Below are positions 1 to 12,499 of a DNA stretch of 64,000 nt, one piece after another (position 1 is the stretch's first letter; every line of letters begins with the position of its first letter). Made by a program: the position numbers and the translations under genes. The DNA is taken from NCBI RefSeq assembly GCF_044704955.1, contig NC_091991.1, positions 136,028,001 to 136,092,000 on the forward strand, read 5' to 3'. The DNA is from Pristiophorus japonicus (lineage: Eukaryota). The notes under the pieces are model-generated. The model worked only from the letters and a program-made list of their open reading frames with translations, was not told the origin of the DNA and did not search any database.

Positions 1-355
1 ATATACTGGACGTTAGTTTCGGCAAATGTGATTTTTACGACAAAAAACAGTGGGCGGTCGGTATTATTAAATCTCAGCGTTAATTACGTGTCGAAAGTAA
101 CGCTGGCCGATATTATGGGTGTTGGGATTGCCCATTCTGATGATTCCGCCCAAAAAAAGTGGGCGGGCGGGATTATTTTTTCTCGGCGTTACGCACATGC
201 GGAAAGTTATGCTCGGCGATAAGTGACCGAGAAATGGGCATCAGTTTCCATTTTGTGGCTAAATGGGCGATATCTGGGTGTTACACCTCATTTCAGCATT
301 AAAATGGACGTTAAGTGGGCGGCATGCATGCAAAAATAATAGAAAATCTAGCCCC
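1..355. mobile_element. Right end of a non-autonomous PIF/Harbinger-like DNA element (truncated by window start)
   Basis: CpG-rich segment ending in GAAAATCTAGCCCC, whose reverse complement GGGGCTAGATTTTC matches the terminal motif of the other TIR elements in this window. Confidence 0.55.
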
Positions 356-559
356 AGGAGTATCATCTTGGAGTCACTCCCAAAGGAGAATAGTCACTGG
401 TCGGTCATTATACAAATGACAATTGCGGATTTCACTAGGTGGATAACAGTTATCAAAGCTCCTCACAAGCAGCACAATTCACCATCAACTGTCAGCCCCG
501 TGGTGGGCACACCTCTTTGTCAAAGCGTCTCGCAACTGATTTAAGCAGTTGGCGATGAG

Positions 560-900
560 TAAGCCTGGTATGCAGCATTAGACCGATGCTCAAGGTGGTT
601 GGCATAATGCAAGCTGTCCTGTACAGGTCCTTCCATCACGCTGAAGACAGATACCCATCATATAGTTGATAATGAATCTACTGAAACTTGGGACAACTGC
701 TGCTGGAAGGCATTTACTGGAGCCCAGGTATGATATACACTCATATATCCTGATTGGGTTGGAGAGAGCAAGCAGATGCTGCTGACACTCTGCACTGCTA
801 ACTGGTGGAACCAATGTTTCACAAGATACCATGTGACCATGCTGGGCTCAGGAGAATGGCGACTGTTGCAGAGTAAATATTGTATATATTTGTAAAATTG
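560..900 (-). mobile_element. Old degenerate RTE-like LINE fragment
   Basis: Minus ORF 590..832 (NPIRIYECISYLGSSKCLPAAVVPS...GICLQRDG) weakly resembles the C-terminal region of an RTE ORF. Confidence 0.3.
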
Positions 901-988
901 TGCTACGCCTGTATAATATGCATCATATGCCATTTCCCTGTATCTGCAGATTATTTCAGTGCAATTGTGCTATAAATATACGTTTTAA

Positions 989-2593
989 AGGCGCTAAAGT
1001 ATGGCGGAGAGGCGCTGTTGGCGCAGATACATGACCTCATCTCTCTCATCTGTAGGGAGGAAAGCATGCCGGGAGATCTCAGAGATACAGTGATCGTGAC
1101 CATCTTTTAAAAAGGGGACAAGTCCAACTGCGGCAACTACAGAGGAATCTCCCTGCTATCAGCCACTGGGAAAGTTGTCGCTAGAGTCCTCCTCAACCAT
1201 CTTCTCCCTGTGGCCGAGGAGCTCCTCCCGGAGTCACAGTGTGGATTTCGTCCCCTACGAGGCACAATGGACATGATTTTTGCAGCGTGACAGCTGCAGG
1301 AAAAATGCAGGGAGCATCGCCAGCCCTTATACATGGCCTTCTTCGATCTTACAAAGGCCTTTGATACTGTCAACTGCGAGGGTCTATGGAGCGTCCTCCT
1401 CTGTTTTGGATGCCACCAAAAGTTTGTCACCATCCTCTGCCTGCTCCACGACGAAATGCAGGCTGTGATCCTGACCAATGGATCCATCACAGACCCAATC
1501 CATGTCCGGACCGGGGTCAAACAAGGCTGTGTCATCGCTCCAATCCTCTTAATCTTCCTTGCTGCCATGCTCCACCTCACAGTCAACAAGCTCCCTGCTG
1601 GAGTGGAACTAAACTACAGAACCAGTGAGAAGCTGTTCAACCTTCGCCACCTCCAGGCCAGGTCCAAGACCAACCCAACTTCTGTCGTCGAGCTACAGTA
1701 CACGGATGACGCCTGCGCCTGCACACATTCAGAGACTGAACTCCAGGATATAGTCAACGTTTACTGAGGCGTACGAAAGCATGGGCCTTACGCTAAACAT
1801 CCATAAGACAAAGGTTCTCCACCAGCCTGTCCTCGCCACACAGCACTGCTCCCCAGTCATCAAGATCTACGGCGCGGCCCTGGACAAGGTGGACCATTTC
1901 CCATACCTCGGGAGCCTCTTATCAAATCTACCACCAAGCTCATGTCTACAGGGCTGTAGTAATACCCACCCTCCTGTATGGCTCAGAGACAGGGACCATG
2001 TACAGTAGACACCTCAAGTCGCTGGAGAAATACCACCAACGATGCCTCCGCAAAATCCTACAAATCCTCTGGGAGGATAGCCGCACCAACATTAGCGTCC
2101 TTGACCAGGCCAACATCCCCAGCATTAAAGCACTGACCACACTTGATCAGCTCTGCTGGGCAGGCCACATTGCCCGCATGCCAGACACGAGACTCCCAAA
2201 GCAAGCGCTTTGCTCGGAACTCCTTCATTGCAAACGAGCCAAAGGTGGACAGAGGAGACGTTACAAGGACGCCCTCAAAGCCTCCCTGATAAAGTGAGGC
2301 ATTCCCACCGACACCTGGGAGTCCCTGGCCAAAGACTGCCCTGAGTGTAGGAGGTGCATCCGGGAGGGCGCTGAGCACCTCGAGTCTCATCGCCGAGAGC
2401 ATGCAAAAAACAAGCGCAGTAAGCGGAAGGAATGCGCGGAAAACCTGTCCCACCCTCCCTTTCCCTCAACGACTGTCTGTCCCACCTGTGGCAGGGACTG
2501 TGGTTCTTGCATTGGACTGTTCAGCCACCTAAGGACTCATTCTAAGAGTGGAAGCAAGTCTTCCTCGATTCCGAGGAACTGCCTATGATGATG
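989..2593 (+). mobile_element. RTE-clade non-LTR retrotransposon, 5'-truncated, frameshifted RT
   Basis: RT motifs NYRGISLLS, FFDLTKAFDTV, GVKQGCVIAP, LQYTDD, FPYLGS, WAGHIARM; 3' tail GGAACTGCCT(ATG)n; approximate TSD ATACGTTTTAA (978-988) / ATACATTTTAA (2594-2604); internal deletion near 1925. Confidence 0.92.
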
Positions 2594-2899
2594 ATACATT
2601 TTAATATGATTCTATAAACCTAGTAAAATACTTTTAAAGTGGGTCTTGTCAAAGACTATTTAACTAAAATCATAAACAAAAAACTATTAGCTTTTGCCTG
2701 GTCTTGTTGTCTTGGTGCTGCACAGGAAAATATTTTTATCCAACAGCAGAAGAACTGCAACATGTTTTTTTTAATCCTTTGCCAACATAGACTTGTCTGT
2801 ACCTTCCTTACCTCAGGCAGCAGTAGAATTTGCTTACTCGTTTCCTTGGGGATTTGGGAGTGATCCCTGATTAAACTCTGAAAGCACCTGGTTAGTGCG

Positions 2900-3370
2900 A
2901 GATAGTTATTAAGGAAAACCAGGTACTGAGGTGCATCTGGAAGGCATCGGACCACAAGTCAAAGCCAATTGTATTGATATTGCACAGATCTATGTGGGGC
3001 TGATTCTCGAGTATGGTGTGCATTGGTGGGCACCATACATCCAAAAATACATAGAAGCATTCAAAAACATTCAGAGAAGCGAGGCCAGAATGATTCCAAA
3101 CCTTTTTTGCTGGAGTAAAGACTGAGGGAGACATGAAGCAGATATTCAAAATAATAAAAGGTTGTAGTAAACAACAAGCAATGACCATAGGACAAGAAGA
3201 CACAAGTACAACAAACCTTAAGTACGATGAGAAAACATTATTTCCCACAGGACACTGGATATGTGAATCAAACTCCCAGAAAAGGTAACTGAATCAGGGC
3301 CATTTGACACTTTTGAAAAGGAACTGGATAAATATTTGATGAGAATTTGGATTGAGAGTTGCAGAGATAT
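2900..3370 (+). mobile_element. Old CR1 LINE 3' fragment
   Basis: ORF 2931..3125 LEYGVHWWAPY...EAFKNIQR..ARMIP corresponds to the CR1 LEYCVQFWSP...ATRMIP region. Confidence 0.75.
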
Positions 3371-3459
3371 TTAACAATAATGATGCATAAATGGGGTCAT
3401 GCATTTAAGCTACCCAAGATTATGAATAGGTGAGCTGTTAGGTGGTTCTTCTTTTCCCA

Positions 3460-6400
3460 GGGAGTGATTTCCCTCGGATACTTTAGGCGCTAAAGAGCCT
3501 CTGAGGTGGCCAAGATGGGGTCTTGCACAGCAACACTAGTTTAGCCAGCGTTTGGACCACTTTTAGCCGAAGACTCCATCTTGATAAAGGAGTTGAAGCA
3601 CACTAGGAACAGCTGCCTGGAGAATCATTAAGGGGCTCATTGACTATTTAATTGTCTGCTAGCGCTCATTAAAGAAGCTGCATGCCATTTTGGTGAGTAT
3701 CGCTTCATTTAACAACTATTTTAATTGTAACTTTAAATCGTTCCCCCTTTTGGCAAGGGCACTAGTACCCACAAACTTCCAAATAAAACATTAACGGAAA
3801 CTTAGATCAAATTAAAATTTGGCTGCCTGGGGTGATGATGCATTCCAGTCCCTCCGGTGCCCACGTCTTGTGGAATGTCAGCGAGCGACCGGTAGACACT
3901 GCGTGCTCCATCTCCGGGGACGCCCTGAAGCGAATGTAGCCATGGAAAAGAGGCAGGCAGTCGGGCTGAACGACCCCCTCAACCGCCCGCTGCGTTGACC
4001 GGTTAATGGTCACTTGACCAGGCCCAGGAGCAGCCCTGCAAGGAGTCGCTTCATTTAACAGCCTCTCATAACAGCGACCAGCTGAAAAGGAGTAAAGAAG
4101 TCGTTGCTGAGGATTGCAAGCACTACTTAAAGCCATGCTCACCATTCACTGTTCACTTGCTGATTGAGAGCGACTGACTACACTGCGCTTGAAGAGGACT
4201 TTCGATACTCATCGGGAGACTTTCTGGGACCCTTTGTCAAGACTTCCCCAATGCTCTGTCAACATTTTTCCTGGATATTCTCTCAGGACTTCATCGAAAA
4301 AGAGTGAGTGTTGTGCTACTCTACCTATTTGACACCTTACAGGAGCCACGAGAAGAAAGGGAGAGCTTGGTCACGAGCATCTTGCTGTGGGATGCCATTG
4401 CTCTGCACGATGAATAGGAGGAGGAGGTGAGGACAAGCAGAGCAGCACCAGTTGCTGCAGGAAAGTGAGACAGGAGGATGAGGAGGGCTCAGGGAGGCCA
4501 GGGGGAGCACCAGAGGGTTCCAGGTAGACAGCTGGGAGGGACGTTGCCGCCATCGAATTGAAGAGTGCTTTTGAGAGACGTGCTCCACCATCAGACTGCG
4601 GAGCACTGATGCCACACGAGGGACCTTTCACATGGAGGATACATCAGGCAGTCCATCATCTGCACTCAATCCATTCAACCCTTTCCCCATGAATACCACA
4701 ATAAAAAAGACCACCAATTCCACCACTACCCAATTACCATCATCACTGTTTATATACATCAAAAGTAAACAATGTAAACATGCCAGCCAACAGCACTTGC
4801 AAGTATTAAATGATTCACCCTGGTGCCTATCCTCAGTGGCGATCTATAAGTGCTCTTGCGTAATCTGGTGCTTCTACGAAGTGCACCCACAGGGTCAGCA
4901 GCAGCATGAGGAGGATGGCTGCTGAGAATCTGAAGAGGGCAGTTCCGATGTCCTCCTGGGTCACCATCAAGAGGCTGTGGCCACGATGGCATCTCCTCAG
5001 ACTGCACCATCTCAGTATGGGCTTCACCAGTCTGGGCCGCCTGGCTGACTGGCAACGGCAAGGGCAATGGTGGAGTTACCGGGGAGGGAGCAGCAACGCT
5101 GGCATCTGGAGAGAGGCCAGTAGGTTCAAGTTTCCCACACCATTACTTCGGGGCCTCTGTTCAGCCCACCCAGAGATCTGGTGGAGGTCAGATCTCTGGC
5201 CATCAGAGACACGAGGAGCCCAGAGCCACCATGGCAGCTGCCTGAGCTACCATTGCAGCAGTTTCCCATCCCATGCAAGCTGCAACGGCTGCAGTCATCT
5301 GACGCTGCATGATGTCTGGCTCCACAGGTTGCTGGCTGAAATTGACCAGCCTCTCCATCAGGGGACTGCTCCATCCCCCTATCCACAACCCATAAGCTTT
5401 CAGGCAGGCTCTCCATTGCACCAATCATTTGGTTTGTCCCACCCATCAGCCTTCTTCTGAAGCTTGGCCCTACAAGGCCCTCAACTGACTCCTCTGCGGC
5501 AGAAATAGTATGCAGCCTTGCCCTCTGGAAAGGTGGCACTGTGGTCTTCCTTCCGCCCTGCCTGGCTGCTGCCCACTAGTGCCTGGTGTGTCCCACTGTG
5601 AGGATCTTTCTTCTATCCTAGCCTCTAAGTTACACGCAGTGCCAGTCTCGGAGCTGGTGTCTGTGGCATTGGTAGCCATTGACATAGTGCATTCTTCCTC
5701 ACTCTCCTCCTCTTCCTCTGTGGGGCTGTTGCTCATCTTGTACTTGCTCAAGGGGTGCGCGGTGGATCTTGCTCCTGGGAGCCTGCAATGATAAAGCTGG
5801 AAGGTTAGGGTGCAGCGCGTATGGCCACTGTAAGATGATGTGTGTGATGAGACCATATAGAGGTTGGGAGTGGGGCTAACTTTGGGGGATTGGGGATCAG
5901 AGATAGCTGTGCATCTGTAAGAAAGCCGGAGTGACCACATACCTCTAGGCCATATGCCTCCTGCTCTGCCTCTAGTCACGGAGTCTCCTACTCCCCACAC
6001 GATCACAGCCAGCACTGCCTCCTCAAGGGGAGTGATCTAATGTAGATGTGGTTAACCTCCCCAACTCAGGTGCTGCTGGTTCCAGTTATGTGCTAACTTG
6101 TCCTGGAAGAGAAATAGTGATGATTGTGAATGAGTGTATTGACAGGTGTGTGTGTGATGCCTCACATGGTTGAAGAGGTGGGTGAAGTGTCTGAGGTGGG
6201 AGTAGTGTCTGTGAAGGGTGTGTGAATGTCAGTATATAGCTAGCTGGTGGATGAAGCGTGTTGAGGTTGTGATGCTGGTGGTGGTGGTGCAGTTATTGAG
6301 AAGTGTGTTTGTGACACCAGTCATGTTGTCATTCAATTTCTTGCCGCACTGGAACTGTATCCTGGGGCCAGGGCTCCTGGCTGTCATCACCCGAGTGATC

Positions 6401-6835
6401 TCTTCCCATATGCGCCACATCAGCTGCCTCTGTGGCCTCCTTCCCTCACCCTCCCCCCCCTCCTCCTCCTCCTCCCCCCCCTCCCCTCCCCTCCCCCCTA
6501 CAGGTAGAGGACATCCCTCCTCCTCCTCTCTATTTCCTCCACCAGGACCTCCAGCTTCTGGAGACATCCTTCCACGTTGGCTTCTCTCCGAGCCATCACA
6601 CTCCGCACCTTCAGTGGAAGTGAGTGAGTGCAGACTACATGTACAGTTCCAGGAAAATTGCGTCTAAGCAGTGCTTGAGTGCTAAACCTGCAGTTGTTGG
6701 TTTCAACGCCTGCAGACACATGTAAATCATGATAATCATCAATTAGCCTGAAAATTGCGTGATAAAGCCACACTTTCAAACTGCTGTTTCTTATTAGCAC
6801 AACACCCATTTTGGCACTTTGGCCAAAATAACCCC
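3460..6835 (-). mobile_element. PIF/Harbinger-derived element carrying a decayed spliced Myb/SANT-like gene, transposase essentially absent
   Basis: Minus-strand peptides LEVLVEEIERRRRDVLY and WEEITRVMTARSPGPRIQFQCGKKLND, then acceptor ttctcttccag|GAC giving DKLAHN; degenerate termini GGGAGTGATTT... and ...AAAATAACCCCC. Confidence 0.7.
4850..6600 (-). pseudogene. Myb/SANT-like (Harbinger accessory DNA-binding protein) multi-exon pseudogene
   Basis: Trihelix Myb/SANT signature W.EI...V.A.S...R...QC.KK.ND; minus-strand acceptors at about 6103 and 5783; stop codons and a CCT-rich expansion at 6440-6530. Confidence 0.7.
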
Positions 6836-6844
6836 CCTCCCCCC

Positions 6845-7390
6845 CACCTGAGAGTACTGGACCTATGGAATAAGTTGACAGCTCTTGCAGTATGTGCTGA
6901 CTCTTTGCATGCCTTCAAAAATGAGCTGGACTGGTTCTTGGCTGGTGAAGAGGTCGCTGATGCAGTGATTTACTAGTTAACAAAAACATCGTCAATGTAG
7001 TCTCCTGAACTGGTTTTGTTCGCCTGAGGGAGTCGGACAGGAAATTTAGAGATTATTGTCTTTTTTAGCTCTGGTCTTTTTTTCCCTTCATGTTTTGCCT
7101 CTCCCATGAGATAATATGGCGGCTGGGACGTATAACGTATCGAGCTGATGCTCCAGGCATCATGAGTGTTGCCCAGGATTAATAGACCAGCTTGTCTTTT
7201 CCTGCCCACCATTTTCATATGTTCGGATGTAATTTTCATCAGGGAGGCCAGGGAAGGATTTTCGTGTTCTCGAAAGTAGCTCAATGGTTGGTGCGGGAGG
7301 AAAATTCATGAGCAGCATACATGGACTACGAGTAGACTGGGCTGGATGGGCTAAATAGCTTTCTCTCGCTCTAGATTTTCTTACGTTCTT
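6845..7390 (+). mobile_element. Old CR1-like LINE 3' end with long 3'UTR
   Basis: RVLDLWNKL...ADSLHAFKNELDWFL is the CR1 ORF2 C-terminus; ends in a TTCTTACGTTCTT tail. Confidence 0.65.
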
Positions 7391-7519
7391 GCTCACAGTG
7401 GCATTATACCACTTTACATTCACCTTTATTCCCCTTGTCCCCACTAAAACTATTACACACTCTAACTTTAGTCGCTCGCCCAGTTTGCCCCTCATCTCTA
7501 CTCCCGTAAGTCCAAAGGA

Positions 7520-9440
7520 CGCAGATTTGAACATCTTTGACGGACAACTGGTCTAACCACCCATCACTAGATAGGGCTGGATCATATAAAGCATTATCGG
7601 GTCCTGCCCCCCACTGCTAAAACTGCCCACTATTCTAAGACCATCCAGGAAGGCAAGGAAAGCACCAGGCTTCTCTTCTCCACCATTATTTTCCCAAACC
7701 ACCCTCCCCTGCCTCCTCCTCCCTCACCTCCAACAATAAATGCGAGGAGCTCATGGACTTCTTTGTTAAACAGATTGAGAACATTAGTTCAACTGCCTGT
7801 GCCAACTTCCCTTCCTTTCCCAAGTCAACCAGGCCTAACTTCTTCTCAGTTTCCCCCGACCTTAAACCTAAATTTACATATTTCTCCAGTTTCTTTTCTA
7901 TCTCCCCTCGTGTCCTTTCAAAGCTCATCTTGCCAATGAGACCGATTTCCTGTTCTCTTGACTCTATTCCTACTAAACTGCTGACCACTCAACTTTCCTT
8001 CCAGGCTCCCATGTTAACTGATAATCATTAATGGTTCTCTCTCCTCATGTATTGAGCCCTCTTCTTCAAATCTGACGTCATCACCTCTCTTCTCAAAAAA
8101 TCAATCTCCCTTCCCTCTCCAAAGTCCCTGAGCATGTTGTTGCCTCTCAAGTCTGTGCCCATCTTTCATGGGACTCCTTGTTTGAATTCCTACAATCAAG
8201 TTTCCGCCCTGCCATAGTACTGAAATGGCTCTTACCAAGGTCATAAATGACATCCTAATTGACTGCGGCAAAGGTAATCTGTCTCTTCTCATCCTTCTTG
8301 ACCACAAAATTCTCCCCCGTTGTTCAGCTGGATGGGACTGCACTCACCCGGTTCCATTCCTACCTTTACAGTGGTAGCCATAGAATTCTCTTCCTGCTCC
8401 CGCACCATTACTTCTGGCATCCCCCGAAGATCTCTCCTTCGCCCCATCCTATTTCTCATCTACGTGCTGCCCCTCGGTGACATCATCCGGCAACACAATG
8501 TGAGCTTTCACATGTACACTGATGACACCCACCTCTCTCGACCCTTCCACTGTCTCTAAATTGTCAGACTGCTTGTCCCACATCCAGCACTGGATGAGCA
8601 GAAATTTCTTCCAATTAAATATCGAGAGGACCAAAGCCATTGTCTTTGTTTCACGCCACAAATTCCGTTCTCTTGCCACTGATTTCATCTCTCTCCCTGG
8701 CAACTGTCTGATGCTGAAGAAGTTCGTTTGCAACCTTGGTGTCATATTTGATCAGGAGTTGAACTTTCTACCTCATACCTATTCCATCACTAAGACCGCC
8801 AATTTCCACTTGTGTAACATCGCCCGTCTCCACCCTTGCATCAGCTTATCTGCTGCTGAAATGTTCATCCATGTCTTTGTTACCTCTAGACTTGATTATT
8901 CCAACACACTCCTGGTTCTACCCTCTATTAACTTGAGGTCATCCAAATCTCTGCCGCCCATTTCTCAACTCGCACCAAGTCTCACCCACCCAACTCCCTG
9001 TGCTCGCTGACCTACATTGGCTTCCAGTTAAGTAACACCTCGATTTAAAAATTCTTATCCTTAATTTTCAAATCCCTCCATGGCCTTGCCCCCTCCCTAT
9101 CTCTGTAATCTCCTCCATCCCTATAATCCCAAGATCCTGTGCTTCGTCACTTCTGGCTTCTTGAACATCCCCGATTTTAATCGCTCCACCATTGGCAGCC
9201 ATGCCTTCAGCTGCCTGGATCCTAAGCTCTGGAATTCTCTCCCTAAACCTCTCTGCCTCTCTACTTCTCTTTCCTCCTTTAAGACGCTCCTTAAAACCTA
9301 CCTCTTTGACCAAGTTTTTGGTCATCTGCCCTAACATCTCCTTATATGGCTCGGAATCAAATTTTCTTTTTTTGATAATACTCCTTGGGACATTTTATTA
9401 CGGTAAAGGTGCTATATAAATGTATGTTGTTGTTGTTGTT
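7520..9440 (+). mobile_element. L2-clade LINE, 5'-truncated and degenerate
   Basis: SCSLDSIPTKLL, TSGIPRRSLLRPILFLIYVLPLGDII..HNVSFHMYTDDT (YADD equivalent), FVTSRLDYSN; 3' tail GCTATATAAATGTATG(TTG)n. Confidence 0.9.
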
Positions 9441-9924
9441 TATGTGAAGTGATTTCAGGTGCACATACAAACTATACAATTTGGATTCAGGTTGCTAATC
9501 TGTCTCTTCAGTGCAATGAAGCTCTGGAGATGTGAGCGCACCAGTAGCTTTGCATTGGGTGTAGTTCATCTCCAGCTCTGTGCAAAGCTATGTTTTCTGA
9601 ATGTCCGGGGAGTTCAAACGACTCCTTCTGAATTTTTAAAACATATTTAATATTATGCAAGATGTGATACTGCCACCCACACACTCCTGAGACTGTTCAT
9701 TAACCACACAGGGAACACAGTTCATTGCAAGGCATAGCCACCATTGTAACTCAGCTCTCAAAATGTTGCATTCTCAGGCTAGTATCTGTTCAGTGCTCTC
9801 TAAAAAGTATGAGTGATACAATACCACTTTTAATGACACAAAAGTTTCTTACAAAAAATATATGTGAGGCAATCCAATAGCTTCATGGGTCGGTGGATGA
9901 ATGTTCCACAGATTGGTGGGATTT

Positions 9925-10792
9925 AATATTCTCGCCTGTGTGTCAGAAGGTTGTGGGTTCAAGCCCCACTCCAGAGACCTGAGCACATCATCTAGACTGA
10001 TGGGGTGCTTCATTGTTGGTTTGCCGTCTTTCAGATGAGATGTTAAACCAAGGTCCCAACTGCCCTCTCAGGTGGATGTGAAAAATTCAAGGATAACGTT
10101 GAAGAAAATTAGAGACGAAAGGGTTGTCCTGTGAGAGATTCAGTAGAATGGACCTTTATTCTCTGAAGCTTAGAAGAATGAGAGGTAATCTCATAGAAAT
10201 GTATAGAATCCTTAGAGGGTTTGACAGGGTAGATGCAGGGAGGATGTTCCTCCTGGCTAGAGAGTTTAGAACCAGGGGTCATAGTCTTAGGATAAGGAGT
10301 TGGCCATTTAGGACTGAGATAAGGAAAAATATCTTCCCTCAGAGGGTGGTGAATTTTTGGAATTCTCCACCGCAGAGGGCTGTGAATGCTCAGTTGTTGA
10401 GTATATTCAAGTCCGAGATTGACAGATTTTTGGACACTAAGAGAATCAAGGGATATGGGGATAGTGCAGGAAAGTGGAGTTGATGTAGAAGATCAGCCAT
10501 GATCTTATTGAATGCAGAGCAGGCTGGAGGGGGTGAATAGCCTACTCCTGCTCCTATTTCTTCTGTAGTTATTTAGTTGAGTTCTCCCAGTGTCCTGGCC
10601 AGCATTTATCCCTCAACCAACATCATTAAAACAAATCAGAGAGTCATTTATCCTGTTGCTGTTTGTTGGGCCTTGTTGCGCCCAAATTGGCTGCTGCATT
10701 TCCCTACATTAAAACAGTGACTGCACTTTATAAGTACATTGTTGACTGTGAAGCACACTAAGAGGTCATGAAATGCACATTGTTTCTTTCTT
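9925..10792 (+). mobile_element. tRNA-derived Deu-domain SINE (SacSINE1-like), interrupted by CR1
   Basis: B-box-like GGTTCAAGCCC head; Deu core TTTCAGATGAGATGTTAAACCAAGGTCCC; body resumes after the CR1 with GAGTTCTCCC...GTCCTGGCCA..ATTTATCCCTCAACCAACATCA; TTTC tail. Confidence 0.8.
10107..10575 (+). mobile_element. CR1 LINE 3' fragment nested in the SINE
   Basis: ORF 10124..10483 LYSL..RRMRGNLIE.Y.IL.GFDRVDAGRMF...TRGHSL...WNS.P; CR1 3'UTR CCTACTCCTGCTCCTATTTC. Confidence 0.93.
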
Positions 10793-12499
10793 ACATCACT
10801 GACTCCCCAAATTGTGACCTCTGAGTCGCTCAAGTCATCAAAGGCACTGAACTGCTACAAAGTGCTCCCCCATGAAACAAAGGAATATCAGTTGGCAACT
10901 GACGCAGGATACTGGCAGCTAATTACAAACTGGCACTAGCACTGGCAGAAGCCTGCAAGTTGATTTGAAGCTTTGTTGAAGAAAACAGTGCTTGATGGCA
11001 GCAGATAAACTGTTATTTGTGATATTTGAATTAGTCCACTGTTTATAATCAGCACTCGCTCGAATGCTACAGTTGTGCAACAAATATAGAGGTTATTTCG
11101 GAAAATATGAGGGCACATTAGGAAATTCATTCAAAGGGAAAATTGAAAGGATTTTGCAGTTTATGGCTGCAATTAGGCAAACCCCTGAAAATGGGGAGAA
11201 TAGGAACTTCTGTTAATAATGAACTGAGGACTGTGCAGTGTTGGATCGGCTGAGCTTATATTGTGCTACCAATCAATTCACAGCTGGCAACACCTGATTT
11301 ATCATCATCCTGATTTATACTGTATGGCTGAATCACACCCTCAGTCAGCAGATAGCTCTGTGCATATGTGTTTACTCTTCATAGCTCTGCATCTCAGCCA
11401 GTAATTTTTTCTAAATCTTTCTAAGCCATTGGGGGCGGGGGATCTTTCAAAACATTAATTTAAATGAACCAAAGCAAAAGAATTGCAGCTATCAGCCAGG
11501 TTCAGGAACTGAGAAGAATTGGCGTCAATCCTCATGTAATTTCATTTTCATCCAGATTCACCAGTTAACTACTAGACAAACAATACTTATCTGCTGCAGT
11601 GTGATAGAGAGAGGCATCAGTTCAGCGCTGTTATACTTAATTCAATCCTCTAAATTATGTACCTTTACATCTCAACGTGAACTCAATATAGCTGCCATAA
11701 GTCCCACGCTCTTTCTGTTAAAATCAGACAATTCTCTATATTTGGTGCACGCTCCTCTTGCCTGGTACAGAACAAAGTGAGGGGGAAATGGCAGGTAGAG
11801 CCTGAGCGGATCAAGTGGCATTTCTTTTGAAAAATTGCCCACCTTTGTTATGATGCCTCTCAGTATGGTTTCTGAAAAGTAGCCTTTGTACATCTGTGTG
11901 TTGTCAATGAGACATTACCCACCTGTCTAAACACCAAGCTCATTATTTTTCAACAGTGCCCTATTTAGACTGGTTTGGGGGAGAAATGTAAACGCTGGGT
12001 ATTCAGCATGAACTTTACAAGCGAGGTTTGGTTGAAGGATATTAAGGCTCCAGTATTTCCTTACTGACCTGAGCAACTAGCAAGGTGAAGCTAAACTGCC
12101 CTGATGGTCGCTTTAGCTTTAAAAATGTTTAAATACTTTTTTCAGCACTTGGCAGATGGGGTTCGTCCCAACGGACCTATTGAAGGTTATATTGCGAGGA
12201 CTGTTGTAGGATAATGAAGCCTGTGACCGGAGGAATCCAGAAGCCACTTTCTGAGGGCTTTTAATCTGCCGTTTAACAATCTCAAAATACTGTTACTTGT
12301 TCCACATTTACATTTCTGTTTACTTTTTTAAAAACTTCTTGCATTCGATATAATTTCGGTTAATGTTTGGGGCTTAGGGTGCAGTCAGTAATGCCTGCAG
12401 TCTTACTTTGCAGCTTCTGACCGGCTGCGCCAACCAGAAATTCAGACCTGGTTTGAGGCTGGATGTTCGAATGACGCCAATACATTTGTATCCCTCTCT

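Noticed and set aside
6218-6667. Proline-rich or Glu/Gly-rich ORFs
   Set aside because: They are produced by a CCT/C-rich simple-repeat expansion inside the Myb pseudogene.
9925-9975. tRNA gene
   Set aside because: It is only the degenerate tRNA-derived head of a SINE, with no cloverleaf.
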